From Candidatus Hermodarchaeum yapensis (lineage in GTDB: Archaea; Asgardarchaeota; Hermodarchaeia; Hermodarchaeales; Hermodarchaeaceae), in assembly GCA_016840405.1 (NCBI GenBank), contig JAEOSK010000022.1:1-45822 (forward strand): a stretch of DNA of 45,822 bases, given 5' to 3'. Shown here piece after piece: positions 16,848 through 27,216 of this stretch. The notes under the pieces were generated by a model. It saw only the letters and a list, made by a program, of their open reading frames with translations, was not told the origin of the DNA and did not search any database. The number at the start of each line of letters is the position of its first letter. Within the stretch, counting starts at the first letter, position 1. A program made the translations under genes and the position numbers.

Positions 16848-17879
16848 ATGCATGAAGCAATGCTGTATTCAAAGCGAGACGACAACAAGGTCAGCTGCCA
16901 TCTATGTGCACGTCGATGCACAATTAATGAAGGCAAATTAGGATACTGCCAAGTTCGAAAAAACACACAGGGTACTCTCCATACTCTAGTGTACGGCAAA
17001 GCCTGCTCCGCAAACCCCGATCCTATTGAGAAAAAACCTCTCTGGCACTTCCGCCCTGGCTCTCTTGTAATGTCAGTAGCCACCGTAGGCTGTAACTTCC
17101 GTTGCCAATTCTGCCAGAATTGGCAAATTAGCCATGAACGAGAAATTGTTGGGCGTGCCCTCTCACCAGAAAAAATTATTGATTTAGCTTTTCAAACCGG
17201 CTGTTCCGGGATCTCATATACCTATTCGGAACCCACTATCTTCTTTGAATACGCCTACGATATCGCAAAAATTGCCCATGAAAAAGGCCTCTTCAACACC
17301 TTTGTCACTAACGGATATCTCACCCCGGAAGCCATTGAGACTATAGCGCCATACCTTGATGCAGCCACCGTCGATTTCAAAGGAAATGGCAACCCCTCGT
17401 TCTATAAAAAATACTGTAACGTGTCTTCCGTGAATCCTATTTATGATGCGCTAAAGGCGATGAAAGCTGCGGGGATACACATTGAACTCACCAATCTGGT
17501 TGTGACAGATGTTGGTGATGACATACAAGATGCCAAAAATCTGGCCCAGTGGATAGTGACAGAGCTTGGGGAAGAAACACCACTCCATCTTCTGCGATTC
17601 TATCCGCATCATAAAATGAGAAACCTACCCCCTACACCCATCAAAACACTTGAAGAATCTGCCTCTGCCTCGACTCGGGCCGGTCTTAAATACGTCTACT
17701 TGGGCAACGTGCCTGGCCACCAAGGCGCGAATACAATTTGCGCCAATTGTGGCGCGCTACTTATCGAACGTCTAGGTGTACACACCACCTCCGTTCGATT
17801 AACTCGCCAAGGACACTGTCCATCATGCAACCTTCCCATACCCATCGTCCTCTCCAAAGAATCCTCCAATTCCGACTGA
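16848..17879 (+). CDS. amrS: AmmeMemoRadiSam system radical SAM enzyme
   Basis: CHLCARRC, DPIEKKPLWHFRPGS, GCNFRCQFCQNWQIS, YVYLGNVPG. Confidence 0.92.
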   Translation: MHEAMLYSKRDDNKVSCHLCARRCTINEGKLGYCQVRKNTQGTLHTLVYGKACSANPDPIEKKPLWHFRPGSLVMSVATVGCNFRCQFCQNWQISHEREIVGRALSPEKIIDLAFQTGCSGISYTYSEPTIFFEYAYDIAKIAHEKGLFNTFVTNGYLTPEAIETIAPYLDAATVDFKGNGNPSFYKKYCNVSSVNPIYDALKAMKAAGIHIELTNLVVTDVGDDIQDAKNLAQWIVTELGEETPLHLLRFYPHHKMRNLPPTPIKTLEESASASTRAGLKYVYLGNVPGHQGANTICANCGALLIERLGVHTTSVRLTRQGHCPSCNLPIPIVLSKESSNSD

Positions 17880-17971
17880 CAGCCTTCTGCGAAATAGAGT
17901 AAAATTTCATTCTTCTCCGTAATCTAACGCCATCTTTAAGTGGTTATTGAGGCTGAATTCAATTAGCGAGG

Positions 17972-18841
17972 GTGATGATCATTCGTTTTATTGCCTCCAC
18001 GGAAGCCGATGTTGCCCCCTTTCAGGACCATTTTCTCGGGCTCAAAACCATCTTTGAAGAAGCCCAATTCCCTTACTGGATTCTTGTACGCGATCAAACC
18101 GTAATGGGACTAATTGTAGCTGCCAAAGAACCCCGAGAACTCCTCCAGCAACCAAGTACCACATTCATCCAAATCTACCTCTTTCGTCATGAACTGGATG
18201 CGGTTTCACAATTACTTTCTGAAGCACAAAGAATCGCAACAGAACATCAAGCCGCCTACATTAGTTGCAAAGTCAGTACTGATAAACACGAATCCATTCA
18301 GGCTCTCGAGAAAGCAGAATTTACCGTATATGATGAAACCGTCAAAATGGGTGTTCCCTTGGATAATGTGGTTCCTCCAGCAACCAATCTTTCCTTCTAT
18401 CGCACCTCTCCTGAAGAAACCTCACAAATCTTGGACAATTTGGCATCTTCAATGACCAATACTCCCGACCGGCTTCTCCATACCGTTGTCTATAACATTC
18501 GCAACCTTCCTCCTGACCAGCTAGAATCTACGCTATCCCAAATGGAAGTCGTGCTAGTCAAAGATTCCACCAATACTGTGGGGCTTCTAAGCTTGGAAGG
18601 TCCAACCATTGGGATGCTAGGGGTTCATCCAAACGCTCGCGGAAAAGGCTATGGTCAAGCCATTACCCAATGGGCAAAAAGCCACCTCGCTGAACAGGGA
18701 CACTTTCGGGCTTGGCTTCGTGTATCAGTTGCCAATGCCCCCGCTCGTCATATTTTTGAAAAAAATGGATTCAAAGTCAGTGAACAAATACGCTACTACG
18801 TTAAGACTATCCCGGCTCTCTGGCGAGACATCCCACCATAA
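17972..18841 (+). CDS. GNAT family N-acetyltransferase (tandem domain)
   Basis: LGVHPNARGKGYG, NAPARHIFEKNGF. Confidence 0.85.
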   Translation: MMIIRFIASTEADVAPFQDHFLGLKTIFEEAQFPYWILVRDQTVMGLIVAAKEPRELLQQPSTTFIQIYLFRHELDAVSQLLSEAQRIATEHQAAYISCKVSTDKHESIQALEKAEFTVYDETVKMGVPLDNVVPPATNLSFYRTSPEETSQILDNLASSMTNTPDRLLHTVVYNIRNLPPDQLESTLSQMEVVLVKDSTNTVGLLSLEGPTIGMLGVHPNARGKGYGQAITQWAKSHLAEQGHFRAWLRVSVANAPARHIFEKNGFKVSEQIRYYVKTIPALWRDIPP

Positions 18842-18860
18842 ACCACAATTTCTACACATA

Positions 18861-19874
18861 TTATTCCGGTTGCTTTCGAAGATTTTCAGAAGCCATGGGG
18901 CAATCCAAGTACTCCTCATCAACACAGGAAGAAACCGCTTCACCGCCGATATACTTGTACGCTTGATAGACGGCTAAAACCCCTTCTGCAACGCCTGTAA
19001 TGGCCTGTTTGAACTCTGTATCCGTGACATCCCCCGCAGCAAAAACGCCTTTGATGTTGGTTCCAGTCTGACGGTTGATGACAATCTCCCCCTTCGGATT
19101 GGTTTTCACTCCCAGCTTCTTAGCGAGATCAGAGAGAGGAACACTACCGATTGCAATGAACACACCCTGCACGGCTAGCTCCTTATTTCCCTGGAAAGGT
19201 TTGTCTAGTAGAACTTTCTCAACACGGTCCCCGCCTTCAATACGGGTCACATTAGTGTTCAGAAGAAGAGTGATTTTCTCACTCTGATTGACTCGCTCAA
19301 GGTTGATAGGTTCAGCTTTCAAGCGATCTCCTCGCACCATAATGTAAATCCTCTGTGCCCATTGTGTGAGAATCAAAGCTTCTTTCGCTGCACTATCTCC
19401 ACCGCCAACTACTGCCAAGGTTTTATTCTGAAACATGGGGCCATCACAAAGGCCACAAAACTGAACACCCTTCCCTTCATAGGTATCTGAGCCGGGCACC
19501 TCGAGTTTTCGATAATGTGTCCCTGTTGAAAAAAGGATAGTTTTCGCACGGTACTGACGAAAGGCTGTTTGGACAACGAAAACACCGTCTTGTTGGCTAA
19601 CATCGGTAACGTTGTCTAATATGGGTTCAATGCCATACTCTTTCGCGTGTGCTGTAATTTTATCTGCCAGTTCTTTTCCTGAAAGTGAAATGAACCCCGG
19701 ATAATTCTCTATCCAATCCGTTGTGGCGATGACCCCACCCGGTGGAAAGCCAATAAGAATTGTCTTGAGTTTCATGCGTCCGGCATACATCGCAGCTGCG
19801 AGACCGGTCACACCGCTACCAATAATGGCAATGTCATATATCGCTTGTTTCTCAGTCACTTTCTTCACAACCAA
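18861..19874 (-). CDS. trxB: Thioredoxin-disulfide reductase
   Basis: IIGSGVTGLAAA, IENYPG, CGLCDG, VVGGGDSA, GVFAAGDVT. Confidence 0.92.
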   Translation of the reverse strand: MVVKKVTEKQAIYDIAIIGSGVTGLAAAMYAGRMKLKTILIGFPPGGVIATTDWIENYPGFISLSGKELADKITAHAKEYGIEPILDNVTDVSQQDGVFVVQTAFRQYRAKTILFSTGTHYRKLEVPGSDTYEGKGVQFCGLCDGPMFQNKTLAVVGGGDSAAKEALILTQWAQRIYIMVRGDRLKAEPINLERVNQSEKITLLLNTNVTRIEGGDRVEKVLLDKPFQGNKELAVQGVFIAIGSVPLSDLAKKLGVKTNPKGEIVINRQTGTNIKGVFAAGDVTDTEFKQAITGVAEGVLAVYQAYKYIGGEAVSSCVDEEYLDCPMASENLRKQPE

Positions 19875-19894
19875 ATATAACTGAAATTTTGTGG

Positions 19895-20572
19895 TTAGAT
19901 AGTTGGCGAAATACCAGTGGGTGATCCCTGTGCAGCTTGTTGAATGAAATTAATAAATTGCATGGGCGGTACAAGCCCTTCAAACTGAGTCGTTTCATTC
20001 AGCGCCGCCTTCGGTGTGCCAATCACATTGTATTTATTCACTAAATGAGGAAACTCCGCGATTTCAACAATATCTACTGAAATATTGCTATTTGCTACAG
20101 CGAACTGAAACGCCATTGCACCTAGTACCGGGCATACTGGACAGGTGGGAATTACAAAGATTTGAATATGCACCGGACTGGTTGCCGCCTTTGCTAATAC
20201 CTCCACAGCTTCAGAAGGTAGTTGACTGTCACCACTAGAAACCAAGATAATGCCCTCTATGAGCGTTTGAAACTCATAGCCCGAAGGAATCCCATAAAAT
20301 CGAAGGCCATAATCCTTCCCCCCCAAGATAGCTAACGCTGGAATCTTCTCAATGCCCAGTTCTTCTGCTTTTTCCTTGTCCTTCACAAAATCATACACTT
20401 CAAAGCCAATATTCTCTGATAATTTCGCAACTGTTTCTAACAACTGATGAGTTTGTGCACAAAACGGGCATTCCATCTCCTGGGTAAAATACACCAACCG
20501 CACTGGCTTCTTCAATTCCTCTTCAAAGCGTTTTACAACGGTTTCCGCGATATCCTCTGGGACTTCACTCAT
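19895..20572 (-). CDS. Protein disulfide oxidoreductase (PDO, two thioredoxin folds)
   Basis: CPFC and CPVC; [11 protein letters not shown]; adjacent to trxB. Confidence 0.9.
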   Translation of the reverse strand: MSEVPEDIAETVVKRFEEELKKPVRLVYFTQEMECPFCAQTHQLLETVAKLSENIGFEVYDFVKDKEKAEELGIEKIPALAILGGKDYGLRFYGIPSGYEFQTLIEGIILVSSGDSQLPSEAVEVLAKAATSPVHIQIFVIPTCPVCPVLGAMAFQFAVANSNISVDIVEIAEFPHLVNKYNVIGTPKAALNETTQFEGLVPPMQFINFIQQAAQGSPTGISPTI

Positions 20573-20718
20573 TCATGGCACCCGTTACTAAATTAGAACC
20601 CCTTACCCCAAAAAGATAGAGGTTTTCCGACATTCCAAAATCAAGGTGTTCTCTCGATGAAATGAAATAATAGCCAGAACCATATACTACGAAAAATCAC
20701 ATGACAGGTGAAAAAACT

Positions 20719-21279
20719 ATGGAAGTAAAGGTGACCTATTTCCCCGAAAAAGGCGTAGAAAATACTGAAGCCACCTGCCGCTTGGCCGCAGAACGAGCGA
20801 AAAAATTAGGGATCAAATATATCATCATCCCCACCACATCAGGAGCCACTGCCGTAAAAGCACTCAGATTTCTCAAAGGTTTCAACCTCGTCGTTGTCAC
20901 CCATGTAACTGGCTTCAAAGCACCCGGAGAAAACCAACTCCTTCCTGAGCATCGAAAAACCCTGCAAAAATCGAATGTCCCCATCCTAACCACAACACAT
21001 GTACTGAGTGGTGTTGAACGCGGGATTCGCAAAAAGCTTGACACCATTGGCTACGCTGTCATCATTGCCAGTGCACTCCGAATGCTAGGCCAAGGAGTTA
21101 AAGTTGGTGTCGAAATCACACTCATGGCTGCTGATGCAGGACTCATCCCAATGGATAAATCAGTTATCGCCTTGGGGGGAACTGGACGTGGTGTCGATAC
21201 AGCCATGGTCGTCCAACCCGCCCATGCGAACAACATATTCGACTTATACATTCAGGAAATAATCTGCAAACCACGCTAG
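20719..21279 (+). CDS. Stand-alone pyruvate kinase alpha/beta (PK_C) domain protein
   Basis: GVENT, TTSGATA, LVVVTH, GQGVKVGVEITLMAADAG, EIICKPR; AGGTGA RBS. Confidence 0.88.
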   Translation: MEVKVTYFPEKGVENTEATCRLAAERAKKLGIKYIIIPTTSGATAVKALRFLKGFNLVVVTHVTGFKAPGENQLLPEHRKTLQKSNVPILTTTHVLSGVERGIRKKLDTIGYAVIIASALRMLGQGVKVGVEITLMAADAGLIPMDKSVIALGGTGRGVDTAMVVQPAHANNIFDLYIQEIICKPR

Positions 21280-21304
21280 CCGCTATCTCTACCCGGATCC
21301 CCTA

Positions 21305-22501
21305 CTAACGCAGAGGTATTGTAAGGTAGTCAATATCCCGTGGATAATAGGTCACTTGTTCCTTCCCATCTTCGGTAATAAATATCGTATCTGAATGGCG
21401 AAATCCACCGATTGATCGATCATAGATACCTGGCTCCACAGTAAACACCATACCCGGCTCCATCTTCACATCCATGCCATGATCAAGAAACGGCTTTTCA
21501 TGTCCCTCTAATCCAATAGCATGTCCCGTATGATGCTGCACCAAGTTCCACACACCATGCTTCTTAAAGACCGCCCGCGCCGCCTTATCCACCTTCGAAC
21601 ACGGATCACCCGGAGCAAAAGCAGCCAATGCCGCATCCTGAGCCTCCATCATGATATCAAAATATTTCCGCTGCTTGTCATTTGGGGGACCCAAAAACAT
21701 GGTCCGTTCCAACTCTGAATAATACCCGGCCACGTTTGACGAGGCGCCAGTTACCAAAGTATCGCCCGCTTGAAAAATCGCAAATCGTGTCATGGCATGC
21801 GGAATCGCAGAATAAGTGCCGATTTGTCCACGGTATCCAGCGTGTACGGGTAACCCTCGAAAAGTAAAGGGTCGATACGCAATGCCCAGGGCTTTACCCA
21901 TAGCTTGTGACGCTTCCAGAGACGCCGAAGTAGACACATCGACCTCATTTGCTCCAACCCGTGTTTTCTCCTGCAGGAGCTGATGAGCAAGATTTGCCCA
22001 CATCGAAGACTCACGAATACAAGCGAGTTCATCGTCGTCCTTAATCACTCGCATATCGACAAGAATCTGGGGAAACACTTTCACCGGGAGTCCCAAGACC
22101 TCTTCCAGTTTAGGGCCTTCATACCCTTGACGCCCGGGGCTACCTGCTCCCTCTGCACCCAAATCACCCGTAATACTCAGGTCCTTTTTGAGAAAAGTAG
22201 CAAAATGCTTCATTGGATGAGTGGCATCCGGGTAATCAAAATACGTCCCAATCTTCGCCGTCTGAGGTACTTCCTCTTCCACATGCTGTTTCTCTAATTC
22301 AGGCACAAAAAAGTTGATTTCAGAATCCTGAACGATCAAACCAAACGGACGTTCTGTGGGAATATGAACAAACCCGGTTAGATAGTAGATATGCGTGGGA
22401 TTAAACACGATAAAATGCTTAATTTTCTTCTCTGCGAGCTCTGCCCGCAACTTATCCAGTCGTTCGTCAAAACGATGTTTTGGAATCTTTACAATAGGCA
22501 A
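21305..22501 (-). CDS. Xaa-Pro peptidase / M24 family protein
   Basis: HHTGHAIGLEGHE, VFTVEPGIY, GGFRHSDT. Confidence 0.88.
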   Translation of the reverse strand: MPIVKIPKHRFDERLDKLRAELAEKKIKHFIVFNPTHIYYLTGFVHIPTERPFGLIVQDSEINFFVPELEKQHVEEEVPQTAKIGTYFDYPDATHPMKHFATFLKKDLSITGDLGAEGAGSPGRQGYEGPKLEEVLGLPVKVFPQILVDMRVIKDDDELACIRESSMWANLAHQLLQEKTRVGANEVDVSTSASLEASQAMGKALGIAYRPFTFRGLPVHAGYRGQIGTYSAIPHAMTRFAIFQAGDTLVTGASSNVAGYYSELERTMFLGPPNDKQRKYFDIMMEAQDAALAAFAPGDPCSKVDKAARAVFKKHGVWNLVQHHTGHAIGLEGHEKPFLDHGMDVKMEPGMVFTVEPGIYDRSIGGFRHSDTIFITEDGKEQVTYYPRDIDYLTIPLR

Positions 22502-22610
22502 CCCGACAATCCTCCTCGCTCATGAGGTTGGTTACCAAGTATCCGCTTGTTAACAAAAAGGCTTCGTAACGTTTGAGTTTTAGATTGTAAAAAAAATGGG
22601 AGGAAGGAGC

Positions 22611-22988
22611 CTATGCTCCTCCACCTTCTGCTTCGATGAAGAACAGGATTGCTGCAACCAGACAGAGAACGGCACCTACTCCTCCAATAATCGCCCACTC
22701 GAAGGCAAAAACGGCACCCACAATCGAAAAGATTAGGATGAGAACAGCTCCCATAACTCGGTTTTTGTCAACCATTGGTAAAAACAGGAACAACAGGAGA
22801 AAGCCAAAGACAACTGCTATGGCACCTGCAACGACTACTAAGATAGGCCAGATGTAAATCTGACCGGGATAGTTGATTAGATCTCCGACAACGTAGATGG
22901 CCCATTCACCGAGTTGCACAAACCCTGCAAGAATGACGAGGATTGAACCGATTCGAGCTAATATTTTTCCAACATCATATGTTTCCAA
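22611..22988 (-). CDS. Four-TM membrane protein, unknown function
   Basis: Four hydrophobic segments; AGGTGA RBS before TTG 22988. Confidence 0.7.
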   Translation of the reverse strand: METYDVGKILARIGSILVILAGFVQLGEWAIYVVGDLINYPGQIYIWPILVVVAGAIAVVFGFLLLFLFLPMVDKNRVMGAVLILIFSIVGAVFAFEWAIIGGVGAVLCLVAAILFFIEAEGGGA

Positions 22989-23088
22989 GACGGGGTTCAC
23001 CTGCCACGGTATTGTGACAATGAACCTTTTTTCATATCTAACTTTAACAAAAGACTTTCGCGCTTACTACAAAACGACATTCGTATTC

Positions 23089-23922
23089 TTAGGATTCAGC
23101 TTGACAGCATGTAAACACGCGATGTGTTTCTTCAATGAGTGCTTTGACGCGGTCCTCAGACAAACCTGTATCCTTCGGTGTTTCTTTCACTAACTGCTGA
23201 AGTGTCAATATCCCATTTACATACAAAACATCCCGCTCATCATCCGTTATAGTTCGCAGAATTGTTACTGGATACAATTTCTTTTTTTCAATAAACGTCT
23301 CCAAACCTCGACCTCGTGGAGTATTCCACCCAAAATGTTCAATCCCCACACACTCAGCATACCGTTGAGCATGTTTGGTCAATCGCGTGTTCGTCACAAT
23401 CAACACCCGATCAAACGAACAATCATTTAATCCTTTTTTACACCCCGCCTCCAAATCATCCCACTTCGCCTTCGCTGACAACGTAACCTCAAAAGGCGTA
23501 TACCGGGCTAAAACACTATGATGCTTCATCTCCACATATACCGTCTCTCCATCCCGTTCAGCAATACTATCCACCTCATGTGCCACACACGCCCCTTGTA
23601 TCACCACATTCCCCGAAACCTTATACCCATACTCCTGCAAAATCAATCTGACATACTCTTCAAACCGAAATCCACTGCCAATCCGGGCCAACCCATCCCG
23701 CAAATCACGACGAAACTCCACAACCTCTTTATGGTCCTCCAATGAATCAACCGCCATTTCATACACTTCTTTTGTCGTCATTCCCTCCTCAATCTGATCT
23801 GCAATATCCTCTGCAATTTCTTCCGCCACACCCTGCGGCGCTCCCATTCGTGTAAGTGTACGGACAATTTTAGTTGGATCAAACTCCTCGGTACGACCAT
23901 CCCATTTTACAACCATAACCAT
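23089..23922 (-). CDS. ATP-cone domain plus Mrr-like PD-(D/E)xK endonuclease
   Basis: VVKWDGRTEEFDPTKI ATP cone; GFRFEEYV, HEVDSIA, YVEMKHH, LIVTNTRLT. Confidence 0.85.
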   Translation of the reverse strand: MVMVVKWDGRTEEFDPTKIVRTLTRMGAPQGVAEEIAEDIADQIEEGMTTKEVYEMAVDSLEDHKEVVEFRRDLRDGLARIGSGFRFEEYVRLILQEYGYKVSGNVVIQGACVAHEVDSIAERDGETVYVEMKHHSVLARYTPFEVTLSAKAKWDDLEAGCKKGLNDCSFDRVLIVTNTRLTKHAQRYAECVGIEHFGWNTPRGRGLETFIEKKKLYPVTILRTITDDERDVLYVNGILTLQQLVKETPKDTGLSEDRVKALIEETHRVFTCCQAES

Positions 23923-23972
23923 AAACACTCACCACAAAAGAGACCAATTCGTAGATTAACTGAAATTTTGTA

Positions 23973-24338
23973 CTATTTCTTAGACTGGTACGTGTACTGC
24001 TTAGAGATATAATGACTTCGGGTTCGCCGAAACACATGGTAAAACGTACCAGGTGGTTTCTTCTTCGCCCGTCGACCATGATAGGTAATAGTAATTCGTT
24101 CTCCCAATCGCACCCCTGTTCGACCAGATCCCCCCTGTAAATAATCTCGGAGCATTTTTGCATTCGCTTGAATGACAAGAATCCGACTCTTTTCGTCATC
24201 AAACAACAGAAACACAGGGACCTCGCCAAAACGCGTTATGCGAAACAATTTCCCGACAACTAAGCCGGTGACTTCATCACCAGCCTTGTCAAACACTACT
24301 TCTTCGAACGTCAACCAATCTGGGATTCGAAAGTCCAT
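23973..24338 (-). CDS. Hypothetical basic protein, possible OB-fold ssDNA-binding protein
   Basis: GDEVTG...GERITITYHG...GTFYHVF pattern; fold assignment is inferred. Confidence 0.5.
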   Translation of the reverse strand: MDFRIPDWLTFEEVVFDKAGDEVTGLVVGKLFRITRFGEVPVFLLFDDEKSRILVIQANAKMLRDYLQGGSGRTGVRLGERITITYHGRRAKKKPPGTFYHVFRRTRSHYISKQYTYQSKK

Positions 24339-24415
24339 AGAAGCCCTCCTTCATTTGGTGCAAAGTGGGTAATTATTAAGCTAATATTATTCTCCTAAAA
24401 GAATGGATATGAATA

Positions 24416-24904
24416 CTATGTCCCGTGAACTTGTGCTACAAGACGTGCTACACGGGTGCCAAGTGCTCTACAGGATTTCTGCTCCTTTTCATCTGGGGCT
24501 CCCTTCGCAGCTGCACCATAATGCTGCATCGGACCCCGCGCGCTCCCCTGCACAATCATCCCATGCACTAACATCGCTTCCAGAATGGATAAAATCGTCG
24601 TTTCAGCACCTGTAGCAATTCCACCACTGGAAGCAAAGGCACCACCCACTTTTCCATCGAGTTTTCCATGAATTTTGACTGAAGCATCGAATACTTGTTT
24701 CAACGGAGCTGACATGAGACCATAATAGACAGGAGATCCCGCGATAATTCCCTCGGCATTGAGCAAATCATCGTTTGTCGTATTTTTCGCTCGTTTCACA
24801 ACGACTTCAACACCTTCAACCTCAGCGACTCCTTCTTCGACAATCTTGGCCATTTTTTCTGTATTTCCAGTTTCCGAATCATAGACAATCAATACTTTTG
24901 GCAT
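24416..24904 (-). CDS. wrbA: Flavodoxin / WrbA-like NAD(P)H:quinone oxidoreductase
   Basis: LIVYDSETGNTEKMA, GSPVYYG, GKVGGAFASSGG. Confidence 0.88.
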   Translation of the reverse strand: MPKVLIVYDSETGNTEKMAKIVEEGVAEVEGVEVVVKRAKNTTNDDLLNAEGIIAGSPVYYGLMSAPLKQVFDASVKIHGKLDGKVGGAFASSGGIATGAETTILSILEAMLVHGMIVQGSARGPMQHYGAAAKGAPDEKEQKSCRALGTRVARLVAQVHGT

Positions 24905-24930
24905 CCTCTTCACCAATTCTGGTACTTTTT

Positions 24931-25221
24931 TTAATCCCATTCGTTCGCATAGGCTTCACAGGTTTCAGCAATTTCTAGCGCATAACCCTTGGCGATATTA
25001 AATTTCTGGCGCATCCGCCACTCCCCTTCCTTATTTCTTTGCCATCCCACCAACCGCAGTTGCTGACCCTTCTTTAGCTCAACTAACACAATGGCTTTAT
25101 GCCAGCTTGGCGTCTTCGTCAACGTTTTCCCACGGATTATCTTTAATTCTGATCGCCTGGGAAATGATTCACCTGGTTCGTCTAGCAGTGTTGATAGACC
25201 CTTGAAGTACACTTCATACAC
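24931..25221 (-). CDS. Small hypothetical protein, possibly PC4-like
   Basis: Co-oriented between dinB and wrbA; LRLVGWQR...EWRMRQKFNI followed by a helix. Confidence 0.6.
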   Translation of the reverse strand: MYEVYFKGLSTLLDEPGESFPRRSELKIIRGKTLTKTPSWHKAIVLVELKKGQQLRLVGWQRNKEGEWRMRQKFNIAKGYALEIAETCEAYANEWD

Positions 25222-25275
25222 CCACTGGTTACCCTAAGAATAGATAACCGAATGAATGTTTTCATTCCCGAATTT

Positions 25276-26376
25276 TCAGTAATAGTCTGACAAAGATGCT
25301 TGTCCAGTCATCCGCGTAAGATTTGTCACACGAACTCCTACCAGACGTACTGGCGCATCTGGTTTCCGATGTTCTTCAAATAACGAAGTCACGGTCTTAC
25401 ACAGCGTATGTAAGTCGTTTGTACTAACAGGTAAGGTTCGACTTCGCTGCACAGTCTCATAATTACGATATCGGATTTTCACTGTCACAGTACGGAAATG
25501 ATATGATTTCGACTGCAGCCTCTGGCTAATCCGAGTCGACAATTCCTCCAGCGTTTCCACCGCCACCTCCACAGATTTTGGGTCGACGTCTTTCGGAAAG
25601 GTTCGGTCTTTGCCCATCGATTTCCGCCGCCACGGACCACTCCGTACAATCCCACGAGTATCAATACCCCACGCCCGATCATACAACCATTTTGACCCCT
25701 TACCAAACACGGGATAAAGCTCCTGCAGGGACATCTGTTGAATCTGTCCCAAGGTTCGAATCCCATGTTTTTTCAATCGATTCCCCGAAACACGCCCAAT
25801 GCCATTAATGACTGTCACATCAAGAGGAGCAAGAAACGCTGCCACAGCCTGAGAATCCTGTGGCACCAGAGTAATACCCAAAGGCTTATTCTGTTCGGTC
25901 GCGATTTTTGCCACAGCCATATTTGGAGCAATCCCAATTGATGCAGGGAGTTTTGTCTCCTCTTTAATCGCGGTTTGAATTTCTTGCGCTAACGCCCTCG
26001 GACTGGGATAGGCTTTCACACGTTCAGTAACCTCAAGGTAGGCTTCATCAATACTTGCTTTACGAATCCGCTGCTCATCTGCAAACCGTTCAATAACCTC
26101 CATGACTTCATCGGAAGCTTCAAAATAATTGGAAAACTCACCAAAGACAAAGACCGCCTCGGGACACAAATTATAGGCTTTTAACACCGACATCCCTGAC
26201 CGAATACCAAACGCTCGCGCCTCATACGACGCTGCACGTACGACTCCCCGATTCTTCCCCTGTTTTGGATCCGGACCCACACACAGCGGGTGTCCAATAT
26301 ACTCTGGATGAACCCGACACTGTTCAACCGACGCATAGAACGCATCCATGTCAATATGAAATATCCAACGAGGCAT
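25276..26376 (-). CDS. dinB: DNA polymerase IV (Y family)
   Basis: HIDMDAFYASVE, ASYEARAFGIRSGM, SIDEAYLE, VRLVGV; C-terminal PIP box QASLSDYY. Confidence 0.96.
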   Translation of the reverse strand: MPRWIFHIDMDAFYASVEQCRVHPEYIGHPLCVGPDPKQGKNRGVVRAASYEARAFGIRSGMSVLKAYNLCPEAVFVFGEFSNYFEASDEVMEVIERFADEQRIRKASIDEAYLEVTERVKAYPSPRALAQEIQTAIKEETKLPASIGIAPNMAVAKIATEQNKPLGITLVPQDSQAVAAFLAPLDVTVINGIGRVSGNRLKKHGIRTLGQIQQMSLQELYPVFGKGSKWLYDRAWGIDTRGIVRSGPWRRKSMGKDRTFPKDVDPKSVEVAVETLEELSTRISQRLQSKSYHFRTVTVKIRYRNYETVQRSRTLPVSTNDLHTLCKTVTSLFEEHRKPDAPVRLVGVRVTNLTRMTGQASLSDYY

Positions 26377-26520
26377 GGAACTAACCTCGAATCACCGCTT
26401 TCTCCAGATGATTGGTTCTAGCATCAGGTCATTAAATAGGGAGAGAGACCCACAGCGAAGTGACACAAATTCTGTCCATCTGACACGATTATTAGCAAGA
26501 ACTCATTAACCATTGGATTC

Positions 26521-27201
26521 ATGCAGATCTCTCTCAAATCCACTGAACGCGATGCCTTCATTGTCCACCTGCTTTTTGTGATACTGTGTGCAGGCATCCT
26601 ACTCCTACCTATTCCATTGCTAATTGGTCCGCGGTTATTCATCCTCGTGGTTGCCTACAATATTCTGATACCTGCCATTGGCTACTGGAGAGGTCACAAA
26701 GACTGGCTCTATCTCTGGGTCTTCGTGGCCCTCATCAGTCTCTTGATGATTTTTCCAGACTGGTTTCTCGTCACCCCTCTCGGCACCCTTGTCTTCCTAC
26801 CCGATGGATTTCCTCAAATAGGACCGGTCTCCGGATACATGGCACTACTTTGGGCCATCCCCCTCTTCATCATTATCTTTCTCGGACTCCGCATTATCGA
26901 ACGACGATCTAAACCCCTTGCTTATGGGATTGTGGCACTCACATCCTTTCTCATCTTCACTGCTGCAGAGGCTAGCCTGACCTTCGTCTGGCACGCCCAA
27001 AACGTCACCATGATTGCTAGCGTCGCCCTCTATATCCTTCTCCCAGAAATCATTCTTGGCCTCTCCGCTTTCTGGGGCTATCAATCCATCCAAGACAAAT
27101 CTCATTGGTGGAAACCGGTCGCTGCCTTCCTCATCATGCTTCTCTATATCGGCAGCGCTTGTTTCTTCTATCTACTCATCGAAATCATCATCTTAGGATA
27201 A
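26521..27201 (+). CDS. Conserved multi-TM membrane protein
   Basis: About 7 TM helices; FPDWFL and MALLWAIP motifs. Confidence 0.75.
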   Translation: MQISLKSTERDAFIVHLLFVILCAGILLLPIPLLIGPRLFILVVAYNILIPAIGYWRGHKDWLYLWVFVALISLLMIFPDWFLVTPLGTLVFLPDGFPQIGPVSGYMALLWAIPLFIIIFLGLRIIERRSKPLAYGIVALTSFLIFTAAEASLTFVWHAQNVTMIASVALYILLPEIILGLSAFWGYQSIQDKSHWWKPVAAFLIMLLYIGSACFFYLLIEIIILG

Positions 27202-27216
27202 TAACCAAGAGAATAA

